Below, piece after piece: positions 9,335 through 19,462 of a stretch of 64,000 nt of DNA. The stretch lies in NCBI GenBank assembly GCA_965206845.1, contig OZ242221.1, forward strand, positions 864,001 through 928,000. The letters run 5' to 3'. This DNA comes from Cenarchaeum sp. (GTDB taxonomy: Archaea; Thermoproteota; Nitrososphaeria; Nitrososphaerales; Nitrosopumilaceae). Position numbers and translations under genes: made by a program. The first letter of the stretch is position 1. The number at the start of each line of letters is the position of its first letter. The notes beneath the pieces were generated by a model, which worked only from the letters and a program-made list of their open reading frames with translations, did no database searches and was not told where the DNA came from.

Positions 9335-9829
9335 ATGCCGATAGAGGGTGCCATAATTACGTGGGCTCATCTGGTCTCTGCGGCCATATGGGTAGGCGGC
9401 GGAATATTTCTGGGAGCGGTTCTGGCTCCGGTTCTCAAGCACACGTCCCTCTCACTGGAAGAGAGGATCGGTCTCATGATCAGAGTGGGCAGGAGGTTTA
9501 ACATGATAGGGGTCCCTGCCCTTGGGGTGCTGATCGTGACGGGAATCTACACCTCGCGCGGCCTTCTGTCTCATCCGAATCTCCTGCTGGAGTCAAGCTA
9601 TGGCGTCTACCTCACGGTCAAGATGATTCTTGTGGTAGCGGTAATCATCACGTATGTGGTCCATGTCAGGGTGATCAACCGGAGTGTGGAGGAGAAGATA
9701 ATGTCAAAGGAGCTCTCCGAGGCCCAGGTGCAACGGGTACGAAGGAAGATCATCGTGCTGGGAGAGCTGGTTGCCGTAATGTCCGTGGCAATTCTGTTCT
9801 TTGCGGCCCTACTGGATGCCGGCGTCTGA
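9335..9829 (+). CDS. CopD/DUF4149-family membrane protein
   Basis: HLVSAAIWVGG...F motif, YG..L..K motif, four TM helices. Confidence 0.8.
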   Translation: MPIEGAIITWAHLVSAAIWVGGGIFLGAVLAPVLKHTSLSLEERIGLMIRVGRRFNMIGVPALGVLIVTGIYTSRGLLSHPNLLLESSYGVYLTVKMILVVAVIITYVVHVRVINRSVEEKIMSKELSEAQVQRVRRKIIVLGELVAVMSVAILFFAALLDAGV

Positions 9830-10831
9830 TCTTCCACTAATGCGGATCTCGTACCCGTCATATGTCCTGCCGACGCCGTACTTGCATCCGGTTATCTTGG
9901 ATGCCACGTAGAGGTTCGTCTCCAGGTGTTTTGAGATGCTGCCGATCCTGTATACCGTCGTGCCCTCTGCTATGCTGGCAGGCACCACAAGCATGTCTGA
10001 CAGGTTGATGTCCGTGCCGGGGGACTCAAGAAGCCTGCCGGATATGCCGGCGGGGAACCCCTCCCTGCCCATCAGTCCGTCGGATCCCGTTATGGATGCA
10101 GGATCCTGCGTGTGCACCATGACGGCAGCTCCCTTGTCTGCGGCCTCCTCCCCGCTTAGAAGCGTGTTGACCTGAAGGCCGCCACGCTCCAGCGTATCCA
10201 GCAGGGGCTGCACGCTCCGCGATATGGCATCCCGGGAGTACCCGCAGTACGTGCAGAACAGGTTTGCTATGCGGCCCGGCCTACCTGTCAGCGACACGGC
10301 GGCAACGCCTCTTGACGGATGCACCTCCAAGGAGATCCTGCCGCCCCCTCGCGGATAGTACCCGCGCCTCTTTACGTCCACAGAAAAGTTGATGCCCATG
10401 CGGGAGTATGCGGCGGCCAGCACGTACCTGGTGTAGTCCGTTGTGGGGCTCCACGACACGTCCGTTCCTCCCATAATGTCGAGTTTCAGCCTCTTGGAGG
10501 CGGCGGCCACCGGGACGATCAGGGTCTGCAGCACCAGCGGGATGGAGCCGGCGGTGCCGATATCCTGGCTCAGATCCATGCTCTGTACGGGGCCCGGCTC
10601 AAACTCCAGAACCTCCGAGCCTATCTCCAGCCCCTCCACCCGGGCGCCGCACACCCTGGCAAGCAGCCTGATTGCGGCAAGGTGTTGCGCCCTCAGGCCG
10701 GGCACCTTCCTGCCCCTCCTGATATTCACAATGCGCACCGGCGTTCCCGTTATGCAAGACAGCGTAACTGAGGTACGCAGTATCTGGCCCCCGCCCTCGC
10801 CGCGGGATCCGTCTATCTTTAGGCAGTCCAC
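9809..10831 (-). CDS. rtcA: RNA 3'-terminal phosphate cyclase
   Basis: IDGSRGEGGGQILRT, PGLRAQHL, RGYYPRGGG and HLETN motifs. Confidence 0.93.
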   Translation of the reverse strand: MDCLKIDGSRGEGGGQILRTSVTLSCITGTPVRIVNIRRGRKVPGLRAQHLAAIRLLARVCGARVEGLEIGSEVLEFEPGPVQSMDLSQDIGTAGSIPLVLQTLIVPVAAASKRLKLDIMGGTDVSWSPTTDYTRYVLAAAYSRMGINFSVDVKRRGYYPRGGGRISLEVHPSRGVAAVSLTGRPGRIANLFCTYCGYSRDAISRSVQPLLDTLERGGLQVNTLLSGEEAADKGAAVMVHTQDPASITGSDGLMGREGFPAGISGRLLESPGTDINLSDMLVVPASIAEGTTVYRIGSISKHLETNLYVASKITGCKYGVGRTYDGYEIRISGRSDAGIQ

Positions 10832-10868
10832 TATAGTTTTTTAACATGCGGCATATTAGAACCTCGGT

Positions 10869-11363
10869 GTGGACGGACTCCTTGTGGGACGGTTTCAGCC
10901 ATTTCATCTGGGGCACCTCAGCGCAGTGGACTTTGCCCTGGCCAAGACAGACACCCTGTGGTTGGGAATAGGAAGCTCAAACAAGACGCGGGAGAGGGAC
11001 AATCCCTTCTCTGCTGACGAGCGGCAGGAGATGATTGCCGAGTCCTTGGGATCCGTCAGATCCCCCAGAGTAAGGGTGTTTCCGATACCGGATGTGGACG
11101 ATCATCAGAGATGGATCAAGAGCATAGACGACGTGGTGCCCCGTTATGGGATGGTCTTTACCATAGACCGGCTGACTGCCCACCTGTACTCTGAGCGCGG
11201 CGTTCGGGTTGTCCGCGTCCCGCTTGTCAACAGGGATGCGCTGTCCGGCACAGGGGTACGGACCCTGATCCGGGATGGCGGCAGGTGGGAGCACTTGGTA
11301 CCCGATGGCACAAGAGAGGTTCTCCTGCGTTTGGACGCCAAGGAGCGCCTGGCCTCCCTTTAA
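10869..11363 (+). CDS. nadM: nicotinamide-nucleotide adenylyltransferase (archaeal)
   Basis: GRFQPFHLGH, IGSS, NPFS and SGT motifs. Confidence 0.92.
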   Translation: MDGLLVGRFQPFHLGHLSAVDFALAKTDTLWLGIGSSNKTRERDNPFSADERQEMIAESLGSVRSPRVRVFPIPDVDDHQRWIKSIDDVVPRYGMVFTIDRLTAHLYSERGVRVVRVPLVNRDALSGTGVRTLIRDGGRWEHLVPDGTREVLLRLDAKERLASL

Positions 11364-11373
11364 ATTATAAATA

Positions 11374-12552
11374 GTGCCTCAAAAGACGGCAAACAGGAGA
11401 TCATACTTGGAATATCTAGTCATGTTGCCCGGCCCCACAAACGTTCCCGAGCGGGTCACGCGCGCCATGTACGTTCCCATGATAAACCACCGCAGCAACG
11501 ATTTTGTAGAGCTGTACGAGCAATGCGTCGAAAAGACAAAGGCCGTGTTTCAAACCCAAGGTGAGGCCGTGTGCCTCTCTTCGTCTGGCACCGGTGCCGT
11601 GGAGGCAAGTGTCGTCAATCTAATCAAAAAGGGAGACAAGGTAATAATTCCAGTCAACGGCGAGTTCAGCAGCAGGCTGTCACAGATGCTAGAATGGGCC
11701 GGGGCACAGGTGGTAAGGCTGACGACGCCCCTAGGCGAGAATGCCACGTTTGACCAGGTAAGGGAGGCATTTGACAACAATAAAGACGTCAAGGCGTTCT
11801 ACTGCGTCTGGAATGAGACATCCACGGGAACCATGCTCCGATACCTGGACAGGGTAAAAGACCTGACAGCCAGGAATGACTCATTCTACGTAGTGGACGG
11901 CGTGTCGATTGTAGGCGGCGAGGAGCTCCGTATGGACAAGTGGGGTGTTGATGTTGCAATGACCGGCGCACAAAAGGCCTTTGCCGCTCCGCCGGGGATC
12001 TCGCCCATATGCGTCAACGAGAGGACAAAAAAGTACATGACGGACAATCCGCCAAACACGATGTACTTTAACCTGCCAAGGTACTTCAAGTACTACAGCG
12101 AGTCAAAGCATACTCCGTTCACTCCCGCGCTTCCCCTGCTGTACGCATACAACGAGGCCATGAACATCATACTGGAAGAGGGACTGGATGCGCGGATAAA
12201 ACGGCACCGGGTCTGCTCCGAGGCCCTGTACTCTGGCCTGAGCGCAATAGGACTGACACCCTTTGCCAAGAAGGACTCGCGCTCTACTGTGGTAATTGCG
12301 CTGAACTATCTGGATGGGTTGAAGGATAGCACGTTTAGAAACACGCTAGCAGAAAAGTTCAGGGTGCTGGTTGCCGGCGGCTTTGGTGACCTGAAGGGAA
12401 AGGTATTCCGCGTAGGCTGCATGGGAGAGGTCAACAGGTACCATGTAATGAGAACCATCTCCGCCATCTCATCGACGCTGGCAATGATGGGATACCAGAC
12501 AGACTCCCGGGCGGGGCTGCTGGCAGCCGAAGAGAAGCTGGCCGCTCTCTGA
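11374..12552 (+). CDS. class V aminotransferase (alanine-glyoxylate/serine-pyruvate type)
   Basis: MLPGPTNVP, NETSTG, VDGVS and GAQKAF motifs. Confidence 0.92.
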   Translation: MPQKTANRRSYLEYLVMLPGPTNVPERVTRAMYVPMINHRSNDFVELYEQCVEKTKAVFQTQGEAVCLSSSGTGAVEASVVNLIKKGDKVIIPVNGEFSSRLSQMLEWAGAQVVRLTTPLGENATFDQVREAFDNNKDVKAFYCVWNETSTGTMLRYLDRVKDLTARNDSFYVVDGVSIVGGEELRMDKWGVDVAMTGAQKAFAAPPGISPICVNERTKKYMTDNPPNTMYFNLPRYFKYYSESKHTPFTPALPLLYAYNEAMNIILEEGLDARIKRHRVCSEALYSGLSAIGLTPFAKKDSRSTVVIALNYLDGLKDSTFRNTLAEKFRVLVAGGFGDLKGKVFRVGCMGEVNRYHVMRTISAISSTLAMMGYQTDSRAGLLAAEEKLAAL

Positions 12553-12943
12553 GACCAGCTCAATTCAGGCCACTAACCACGGATGTCCATGACGGCATGA
12601 ACGGTCATGACAATCTGCACACTAACGACGGTATTGCCGCGGTGTTTTTATGCGGATTTGTCATGTCGCATGCGGTAATGAAATCAATCGCCGCAACGGC
12701 ATCGGTAGCGGAAGCGGAACCTATCCCAGCAGCGGCGCCAGATACGATGCTTCGTACCATAAAAGCGGACTTTGACCGGTCCGAGATCCATCACCAAGAT
12801 AGAGTGGCTGCCTGCATCTTGTCTCGCTTGGCCGGGATCATGGGCAATATTGGGATTTAGGCCATCCGTTTGGTCCGTCTCAGATTGCGCTTGCTGCGCG
12901 CCAACTCTAAACTCTAATATAAGGAATTTCAACAACCACACTG

Positions 12944-13696
12944 TTGACTTTTCCCAGAGATTCCCTACTCTTAGTGGATTTTACCGCCACAATAAAAGGC
13001 AGCGACGTAATCGTCGATTCGACGAACAGGAGCCGGACGGGGGAAGACGCGCCGGATGATTTTGAACCGTCAGGATCCAGACTGGTATCTATCAGCAGTG
13101 TGGCATTTGCCGTCACCGAGGGGTTTAATGAAGCCCTGGCAGAGTCAGAGGTGGGTGCCACTCTCAGAGTGGAGGTGCCGCCAGAGAAGGGATACGGTAA
13201 GAGGGATCCCGGCAAGGTAAGAATGGTTCCGCATCGAAAGTTCGGCGACGATGCAGAAAAGATATCCGTGGGCGACTCGATCGTTCTGGACAACAAACCT
13301 GCAACCATACGCCATATCGGATCCGGCAGGGTCCAGCTAGACTACAACCACAAGTATGCCGGAAAGACCATCGTGTATGACGCAACCGTGTTGAAGTTCC
13401 TTCAGTCAGATGACGAAATAGTTGAGAGAATTATTGCCGAAAGGTTTCCACACAAAAACCTTCCAACCTTTACAATTTGCGATGGGGAGGCCACCATAGA
13501 CATCCCCCAGGAACTCTTCAGGCTAGAGGCTCTCGTGAGCATCAAGTATCTGACGCAGCTGGACATATTCGGTTTTACAAGCGGTCTGACCAAGCTGAGT
13601 TTCATCGAGTCGTTTGCCAACAAGAAGGCACAGTCCGCACCACCGCCAGGGGACGAGGCCGTACCGGCACAGGCGCCACAGTCCGCAAGCGCATAA
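12944..13696 (+). CDS. long-type archaeal FKBP peptidyl-prolyl isomerase
   Basis: VPPEKGYGKRDP and LDYNHKYAGKTI motifs plus C-terminal domain. Confidence 0.9.
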   Translation: MTFPRDSLLLVDFTATIKGSDVIVDSTNRSRTGEDAPDDFEPSGSRLVSISSVAFAVTEGFNEALAESEVGATLRVEVPPEKGYGKRDPGKVRMVPHRKFGDDAEKISVGDSIVLDNKPATIRHIGSGRVQLDYNHKYAGKTIVYDATVLKFLQSDDEIVERIIAERFPHKNLPTFTICDGEATIDIPQELFRLEALVSIKYLTQLDIFGFTSGLTKLSFIESFANKKAQSAPPPGDEAVPAQAPQSASA

Positions 13697-13700
13697 TATC

Positions 13701-14729
13701 TCACAGAACCAACGTGCTTTCTGCTAGGGAGATGGCTTTCGTCTTTGTCATTTTTTTCTCCTTGAGAATGGTGTACCGTTCGGGCCTCATGTCCTGCGCC
13801 ATAACCAGCGCGCTGGCAAGCGTATCACGATCCAGCCCTATCTGTTCTGCCGTTGTTGGCGCACCCACGTCCCGCAGAGCTTGGGAGATCTTTTTCCAGT
13901 CCCGGCCATGAAGCTTTGCCATCATGATCGCGCCGATCCCACACTTTTCTCCATGCAGGCCAACCTCCGGCGCTATCTTGTCTAGCGCATGTGAGAACAG
14001 GTGTTCTGCTCCAGAGCATGGCCTGCTGCTTCCCGCTATGCACGATGCCACCCCGGCACTGATCAGGGCCTCGACTACCACCCTTGCGTCTATCCCACTC
14101 TTTGCAAATTTGGCCGCATTCTCCAGCACGATTCCTGCGCTCAGCATGGCCAAGCTCGCAGAATACCTGCCATAGTACTCTCCAGTCCTGTCCCGCCCCA
14201 GCTCCCAGTCACTAACGGCAATCACGTTTGCAATCAGGTCCCCGCACCCGCTGGACAGCAATCTCCGGGGGGCGCCCTTGATTATGTCAATGTCCACAAA
14301 CACGCCCAGGGGAGCTGTAGCCACCATGGAATGTGGCCTGTCGCCCTTCAGCGACACGAATGGGCTGGCAACGCCGTCATGGGAGGCCGCGGTGGGCACG
14401 CTGACAAAGGGCACCTTCAGATTGAATGCCAACATCTTGGCGGCATCCACCGCTTGGCCGCCGCCAATACCCGCAATGAGTCTGCTGTGACGCCGCATCA
14501 CCTGGTTCTCCAGTATCTTTAGGGCGCCCACCTCATTGCTTGGTGCCAGATGCCAGTCGTACCTGATTCCGCAGTCCTCTAGGGATCTCTCCACCCTGTC
14601 CTGAACCAGCTTCCTTACATTCACCCCGGAGATCAGGGCCATCCTGCCTGTCCTGCCAAGCGAGCGGACAAAACCTCCGATGCCGCCGATGTTCTTCTCG
14701 CCTATCACTATCAGCCGGGGGAGCTCCAT
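13701..14729 (-). CDS. egsA: sn-glycerol-1-phosphate dehydrogenase
   Basis: GGGQAVDAAK, PTAASHDG, SSRPCSGAEHLFSHALD and HGEKC; start may be a few codons upstream. Confidence 0.93.
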   Translation of the reverse strand: MELPRLIVIGEKNIGGIGGFVRSLGRTGRMALISGVNVRKLVQDRVERSLEDCGIRYDWHLAPSNEVGALKILENQVMRRHSRLIAGIGGGQAVDAAKMLAFNLKVPFVSVPTAASHDGVASPFVSLKGDRPHSMVATAPLGVFVDIDIIKGAPRRLLSSGCGDLIANVIAVSDWELGRDRTGEYYGRYSASLAMLSAGIVLENAAKFAKSGIDARVVVEALISAGVASCIAGSSRPCSGAEHLFSHALDKIAPEVGLHGEKCGIGAIMMAKLHGRDWKKISQALRDVGAPTTAEQIGLDRDTLASALVMAQDMRPERYTILKEKKMTKTKAISLAESTLVL

Positions 14730-15327
14730 TGTATGAGATGATGTTGATTCCGGGGGTTTTCCCACCACGGGGCCATTGGGGGGCACTACGCCACCCCCCT
14801 GTTGGTGTGTGATTCCTTAGATAAGGGCACATTCTGTAGTAAAACGGCATCCAAGTCTGCCACGGGCATTATCCCTGCACGAACTATAAGAACATAGGGA
14901 ATTAATCTTATGTGCTCCGATCGAGGCATTCAGGAGATAGCAGTCATGGGACTGCCGCTCCTAGGGCAGGCTCGCCACGGACATCTCCGGCCACCCGGAC
15001 ACAGGCGGGTGCGGCCGGATGCAGATCCATGCATGCCGTTTTATCCAAACGCTGCGCCTGTGTTTTGGATCGCCTGCTTGCGCAGACCTTTTGTGGCAGG
15101 GCATGGGGGCGCCGTTAAGTGTGGCCGGTACCTACCGCACGGGTCTGTCCGCGGGGTGCCTGCCGGTTCAGCAGGGAGCCGGGTCTGCTCTGGCATCTCG
15201 GGCCGTTTCGTGAAGGTTTGGGCGTAGATGATGGCAGGTATGGTAGAACATGGGTGTTTGATCCCACACTCAATCACTAACAAAAAGTTATTTAAACGGG
15301 TGCTGTGCACCCAAGATAACTTTACAG

Positions 15328-15969
15328 GTGTATTTTTTGTCGAATAGTGTAGAAGAGAAGATTCTTCATGGAACAACCACGGTAGGTATCAGGGCCAGCG
15401 ATGGTATTATTCTGTGTGCGGACATGAGGGCAAGCGCAGGCTACTTTATCGCAAACAACAACACAATGAAGATCCAAAAGATTGACGACCATGCGGGACT
15501 CACCTTGGCAGGCGGTGTCGCCGACGCACAGAATATTGTAGACGTGTTGAGGTACCATGCAAACCTTCATCGAATTCAGAACCAGGAGGCCATGCCCATC
15601 AAGACCTTGACCAGACTCACGTCCCTGATCTTTCATCAAAACCGCGGCTACCCGTTCATAGCCGACATCCTGATGGGCGGATACGACAGAAATGGGCCTG
15701 CCCTCTTCAACATTGATATGTTTGGATCCGTCGAGGCCAAACCATACGTAACCACCGGCAGCGGATCGCCTGTGGCATACGGTACGCTAGAGGAGGCATA
15801 CCACGACGGCCTGACGGTGGGTGAGGCAAAGTCCATTGCGTTGCGCGCGGTAAAGGCGGCAATTGTTAGAAATATAGGCACCGGAGACGGAATCAATATT
15901 GCCGTAATAGACAAGAACGGCTTTCAGCTTCTGACCAAGGAGCAGAAGAAGGCAATTATTCAGCTATAG
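15328..15969 (+). CDS. psmB: proteasome beta subunit
   Basis: HG/TTTVG propeptide junction and GSGS motif. Confidence 0.95.
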   Translation: MYFLSNSVEEKILHGTTTVGIRASDGIILCADMRASAGYFIANNNTMKIQKIDDHAGLTLAGGVADAQNIVDVLRYHANLHRIQNQEAMPIKTLTRLTSLIFHQNRGYPFIADILMGGYDRNGPALFNIDMFGSVEAKPYVTTGSGSPVAYGTLEEAYHDGLTVGEAKSIALRAVKAAIVRNIGTGDGINIAVIDKNGFQLLTKEQKKAIIQL

Positions 15970-15976
15970 TGATTTA

Positions 15977-17908
15977 ATGCAAAAAAGACAGCAAGAAGTA
16001 TCCAGCAGCCAATACATAATGGCAACCATACTAAAAAGTATACCCCGTGAGGCCGGCGTTACAAAGATCGAGTATGAGGGACCCCGGATTGCCCTGTACA
16101 CCAACTCGCCCAGGTTCCTGATGGAGAACAACAACATCATATCAAATCTGGTGAATGTGATCAAGAAGAGGATCATAGTCAGAACGGACGAGTCCATACG
16201 AAAGCCCGAGAGCGACGCGCTCAGAATACTAAGGGAGCACATGCCTCCGGATGCCAAGCTGGGGGGCGCCTTCTTTGATACCGCCACCGGCGAGGTCTCT
16301 CTGGAGGTGAAGAGGCCGTGGCTCCTGCAGAGGAATGTGAAGGAGTTTGATCACACCGAGATAACTGAAAAGATCGGGTGGGGGTTGCGCGTGCGCAAGG
16401 CCACCACAAACCCGTCTAGCACCATACGTGAGATCAGCTACAACCTCAAGGTATCATCAAACGAGCGCGGCAAGCAGCTGCGCCAGATAGGCGACGAGAT
16501 CTTCCGGCCCCGGCTGGCCCAGCGCACAGAGGTGTCGCTTCTCACGCTGGGCGGCTTTGGGCAGGTCGGACGCTCCTGCATGCTGCTGTCCACGCAGGAG
16601 AGCAAGGTTCTGATCGACTGCGGCGTCAATCCCGGAGCCCAGAACCCCGTGGACTCGTTCCCCCGGCTGGACTGGATAAACACCACCCTGGATGACCTGG
16701 ATGCCGTGGTGGTAGGGCATGCACACCTTGACCACACGGGATTTCTCCCCGTACTGTGCAAGTATGGATACAAGGGACCCATCTACTGTACAGAGCCCAC
16801 GCTGCCCATGATGAATCTGATTCAGCTTGACGCCATCAAGGTGGCATCGGCACAGGGAAAGACCCCCATGTATGCAGAGCGCGATGTGCGGCAGATCATG
16901 AGGCAGGCAATAACCCTGCCATACGGGAGCGTAACGGACATCTCTCCGGACATCAAGCTGGTTCTGGCAAATGCGGGACACATACTGGGCTCGGCCCTGT
17001 GCCACTTTCATATCGGCAACGGCGTTCACAACTTTGTGTACTCGGGGGACATCAAGTTTGCAAAGAGCATTCTGTTCGAGGCCGCCAACAGCAAGTTTCC
17101 CCGGGTCGAGACACTGCTGATAGAGAGTACCTACGGCGCCAAGGAGGACATCCAGCCGTCCAGGCAGGAGGTCGAGTCCACATTCATCAATGCGGTAAAC
17201 AAGACCCTGCACGACGGCGGCAAGGTGCTCATACCGATACCTGCGGTGGGCCGCGCCCAAGAGATCATGATGGTCATCGACAAGTACATGAAGCAGGGCC
17301 AGATAATCGAGGCGCCCGTATTCACCGAGGGGATGATATCTGAAGCGTCGGCAATCCACGAGGCGCATCCCGAGTATCTGGCGTGGGAGCTCCGGCAGAA
17401 GATACTGGAGACCGACGACAATCCGTTTGATTCGCAGTACTTTACCAATGTGGAGCACCCTGACGCGCGTGAGGAGGCACTGCGCGAGGACTCGCCGGGA
17501 ATTATTCTGGCCACATCTGGAATGCTGGAGGGGGGACCCGTACTGGAATACTTTAGGAATGTGGCGCCGGACAAGACCAACAAGATTCTGTTTGTGTCGT
17601 ACCAGGTAAACGGCACCATGGGCCGCCGTGTGCTGGACGGCGCCAGGCAGATCTCCCTCTTGGGAAGGGAGGGCAAGGTGGAGGCTGTCAACATCAACTG
17701 CGGAATAGAGAAGCTGGACGGCTTTAGCGGACACAGCGACTACAACCAGCTGATGTCGTTTGTGCAAAAGCTGCGTCCCAAGTTGAAGCGCGTGCTGGTA
17801 AATCACGGGGAGCGGAGAAAGTCAGAGAACTTGGCGCTAAACATACGGCGGATGTTCAAGGTTCCGGCACACTATCCACAGATTCAGGAAGCAATAAAGT
17901 TATTTTAG
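15977..17908 (+). CDS. fttA: beta-CASP ribonuclease aCPSF1 (FttA)
   Basis: KH domains, HAHLDH, FSGHSD and NHGE; follows psmB as expected. Confidence 0.95.
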   Translation: MQKRQQEVSSSQYIMATILKSIPREAGVTKIEYEGPRIALYTNSPRFLMENNNIISNLVNVIKKRIIVRTDESIRKPESDALRILREHMPPDAKLGGAFFDTATGEVSLEVKRPWLLQRNVKEFDHTEITEKIGWGLRVRKATTNPSSTIREISYNLKVSSNERGKQLRQIGDEIFRPRLAQRTEVSLLTLGGFGQVGRSCMLLSTQESKVLIDCGVNPGAQNPVDSFPRLDWINTTLDDLDAVVVGHAHLDHTGFLPVLCKYGYKGPIYCTEPTLPMMNLIQLDAIKVASAQGKTPMYAERDVRQIMRQAITLPYGSVTDISPDIKLVLANAGHILGSALCHFHIGNGVHNFVYSGDIKFAKSILFEAANSKFPRVETLLIESTYGAKEDIQPSRQEVESTFINAVNKTLHDGGKVLIPIPAVGRAQEIMMVIDKYMKQGQIIEAPVFTEGMISEASAIHEAHPEYLAWELRQKILETDDNPFDSQYFTNVEHPDAREEALREDSPGIILATSGMLEGGPVLEYFRNVAPDKTNKILFVSYQVNGTMGRRVLDGARQISLLGREGKVEAVNINCGIEKLDGFSGHSDYNQLMSFVQKLRPKLKRVLVNHGERRKSENLALNIRRMFKVPAHYPQIQEAIKLF

Positions 17909-18178
17909 ATCATACTCGGGCTTCCATATCTTTACGCCCGGAGGCACCACGACGATTCTCTCCTCGCCAAGCCTGGCAATGTCAGCTTCCGTGTTTTTTG
18001 CAATCAGGTATATCTCTTCCACCACGCCCCTGAGCTCGTCTATGTTTTTTTGCGCCAGCGGGGTAACCCTGAGTATCAGAATTATCTTCTTTTTGATGTC
18101 CTCCTTGATGTGGTGTATGTCGCTGGGATCCCGTATGGTGATGGCCTTCAGATACGTGGGGCCCTCATGCTTTTGCAT
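17900..18178 (-). CDS. sepF: SepF-family protein
   Basis: IKEDIKKKIILILRVTPL...DIARLGEERIVVVPPGVKI. Confidence 0.8.
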   Translation of the reverse strand: MQKHEGPTYLKAITIRDPSDIHHIKEDIKKKIILILRVTPLAQKNIDELRGVVEEIYLIAKNTEADIARLGEERIVVVPPGVKIWKPEYDLK

Positions 18179-18281
18179 GTGTAGATATGGTGTCATACTT
18201 TTACAAAAACCTTCTTTGAAGTTCGGGGCTGCTGGCCGGATTCCGGCTTTGTGCGTTTTTTGCACCCTGCCAGGCGGGCGC

Positions 18282-19292
18282 CTATATTCTGAATTTCAGA
18301 TAGTCTGCCTCTGCGCATCTTTTGGCAGGTGTCTGCGACTGGTTGCCGTCGCGGCGCGTGTTGACCGCCACGCGTTTGTCTGCCGGGGCATCTGAGTATC
18401 TGACAGTCACAGATGCGGCAAAGTCAACATGCTGCAGACAGGTCTCCCCACGCAGCAGTGAGACAGGGCCCATAAAGTCTGCCACCTCCAGGGTTATGTC
18501 CCCGTCAAGCGCCAGTGCGCTGATCACGTTGTTCTCATCCATGCTTCTGCCCACTATCAGCTTTGTGTGCTGGTCAAGCCGGAAGTGCCTTCCAACCTTT
18601 AGCAGATCAGTGTCATTTATTGACGGCGTCTCCGTGTGGCCGAAGAGATCCTTTGCCCTCAGGCCAAAGGCGGGATCGGTCAGCAGGCATCCGCCGCCGG
18701 CATTTGGGGGGTCGACTATTCCAAACTCCCGCGCCATGTCCAGCTGCGCACGGCGGGTTCGTCCCCGTATCATTCCAAGATCCTCCCTGCTTATCAGTCC
18801 GCTCTTCTCCACGTCTGTGGGCGGCAACAGGCGTGCCGAGAGCGGGCGCAGTATCTTTCCCTCAAGTCCCGTCTCCTTCTCTATGGTCTTGAGCGCCTGT
18901 CTGTGCTGGCTCATGGGCCTCTGTCCCAGGACCTCGCCAGAGATGACAAACTCCGCGCCGATCTCCTTCATGTGCTTCTTTGCCGCCTCAAACATCATGG
19001 ATCTGCAGTCGATGCACGGGTTCATGCCGGCGCCTATCCCGTACTTGGGGTGTTTTAGCATCTCGATGTACTCATCTCCGAGGTAGACCGTCTTCAGGTT
19101 GACGTCCAGCTCGTCGGCCCTCTCCCTTATCTCAAAACCGCAGCCCCTGCCGCAGTCAAAATCACAGAACGGTGTCTTGATGGCCACCGCAGATACCTCA
19201 AAGCCCTGCTTCTGCATCATCCTTACCGCAAGCTGGCTGTCAAGTCCGCCCGACAACAGGGCAACTACCTTCTTCTTCTCCCCGTCTGGCAT
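18282..19292 (-). CDS. tRNA thiolation PP-loop ATPase (ThiI/MnmA-like, DUF814-associated)
   Basis: LLSGGLDS, NPCIDCR, GEVLGQRPMSQ and GGCLLTDP motifs. Confidence 0.85.
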   Translation of the reverse strand: MPDGEKKKVVALLSGGLDSQLAVRMMQKQGFEVSAVAIKTPFCDFDCGRGCGFEIRERADELDVNLKTVYLGDEYIEMLKHPKYGIGAGMNPCIDCRSMMFEAAKKHMKEIGAEFVISGEVLGQRPMSQHRQALKTIEKETGLEGKILRPLSARLLPPTDVEKSGLISREDLGMIRGRTRRAQLDMAREFGIVDPPNAGGGCLLTDPAFGLRAKDLFGHTETPSINDTDLLKVGRHFRLDQHTKLIVGRSMDENNVISALALDGDITLEVADFMGPVSLLRGETCLQHVDFAASVTVRYSDAPADKRVAVNTRRDGNQSQTPAKRCAEADYLKFRI

Positions 19293-19462
19293 GATCCAGA
19301 AACCAGCCCTCTAGTATACATACTTTGAGGAGGTACAAGCCTGATCCGTGTTGAGCCGAAACGCGCGCCCACACGCCCGAGGAATCATATGTTCGAGTCC
19401 GCAGGATCAGGGCCCACAGGCCCCTCATCAGAAATAAATGTGGAACGCAAGGACTGTACGCC

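Noticed and set aside
16457-17806. Long antisense ORFs (also 3340-4194, 6766-7644, 25169-25948, 61674-62411)
   Set aside because: Shadow frames opposite well-supported genes in GC-rich DNA
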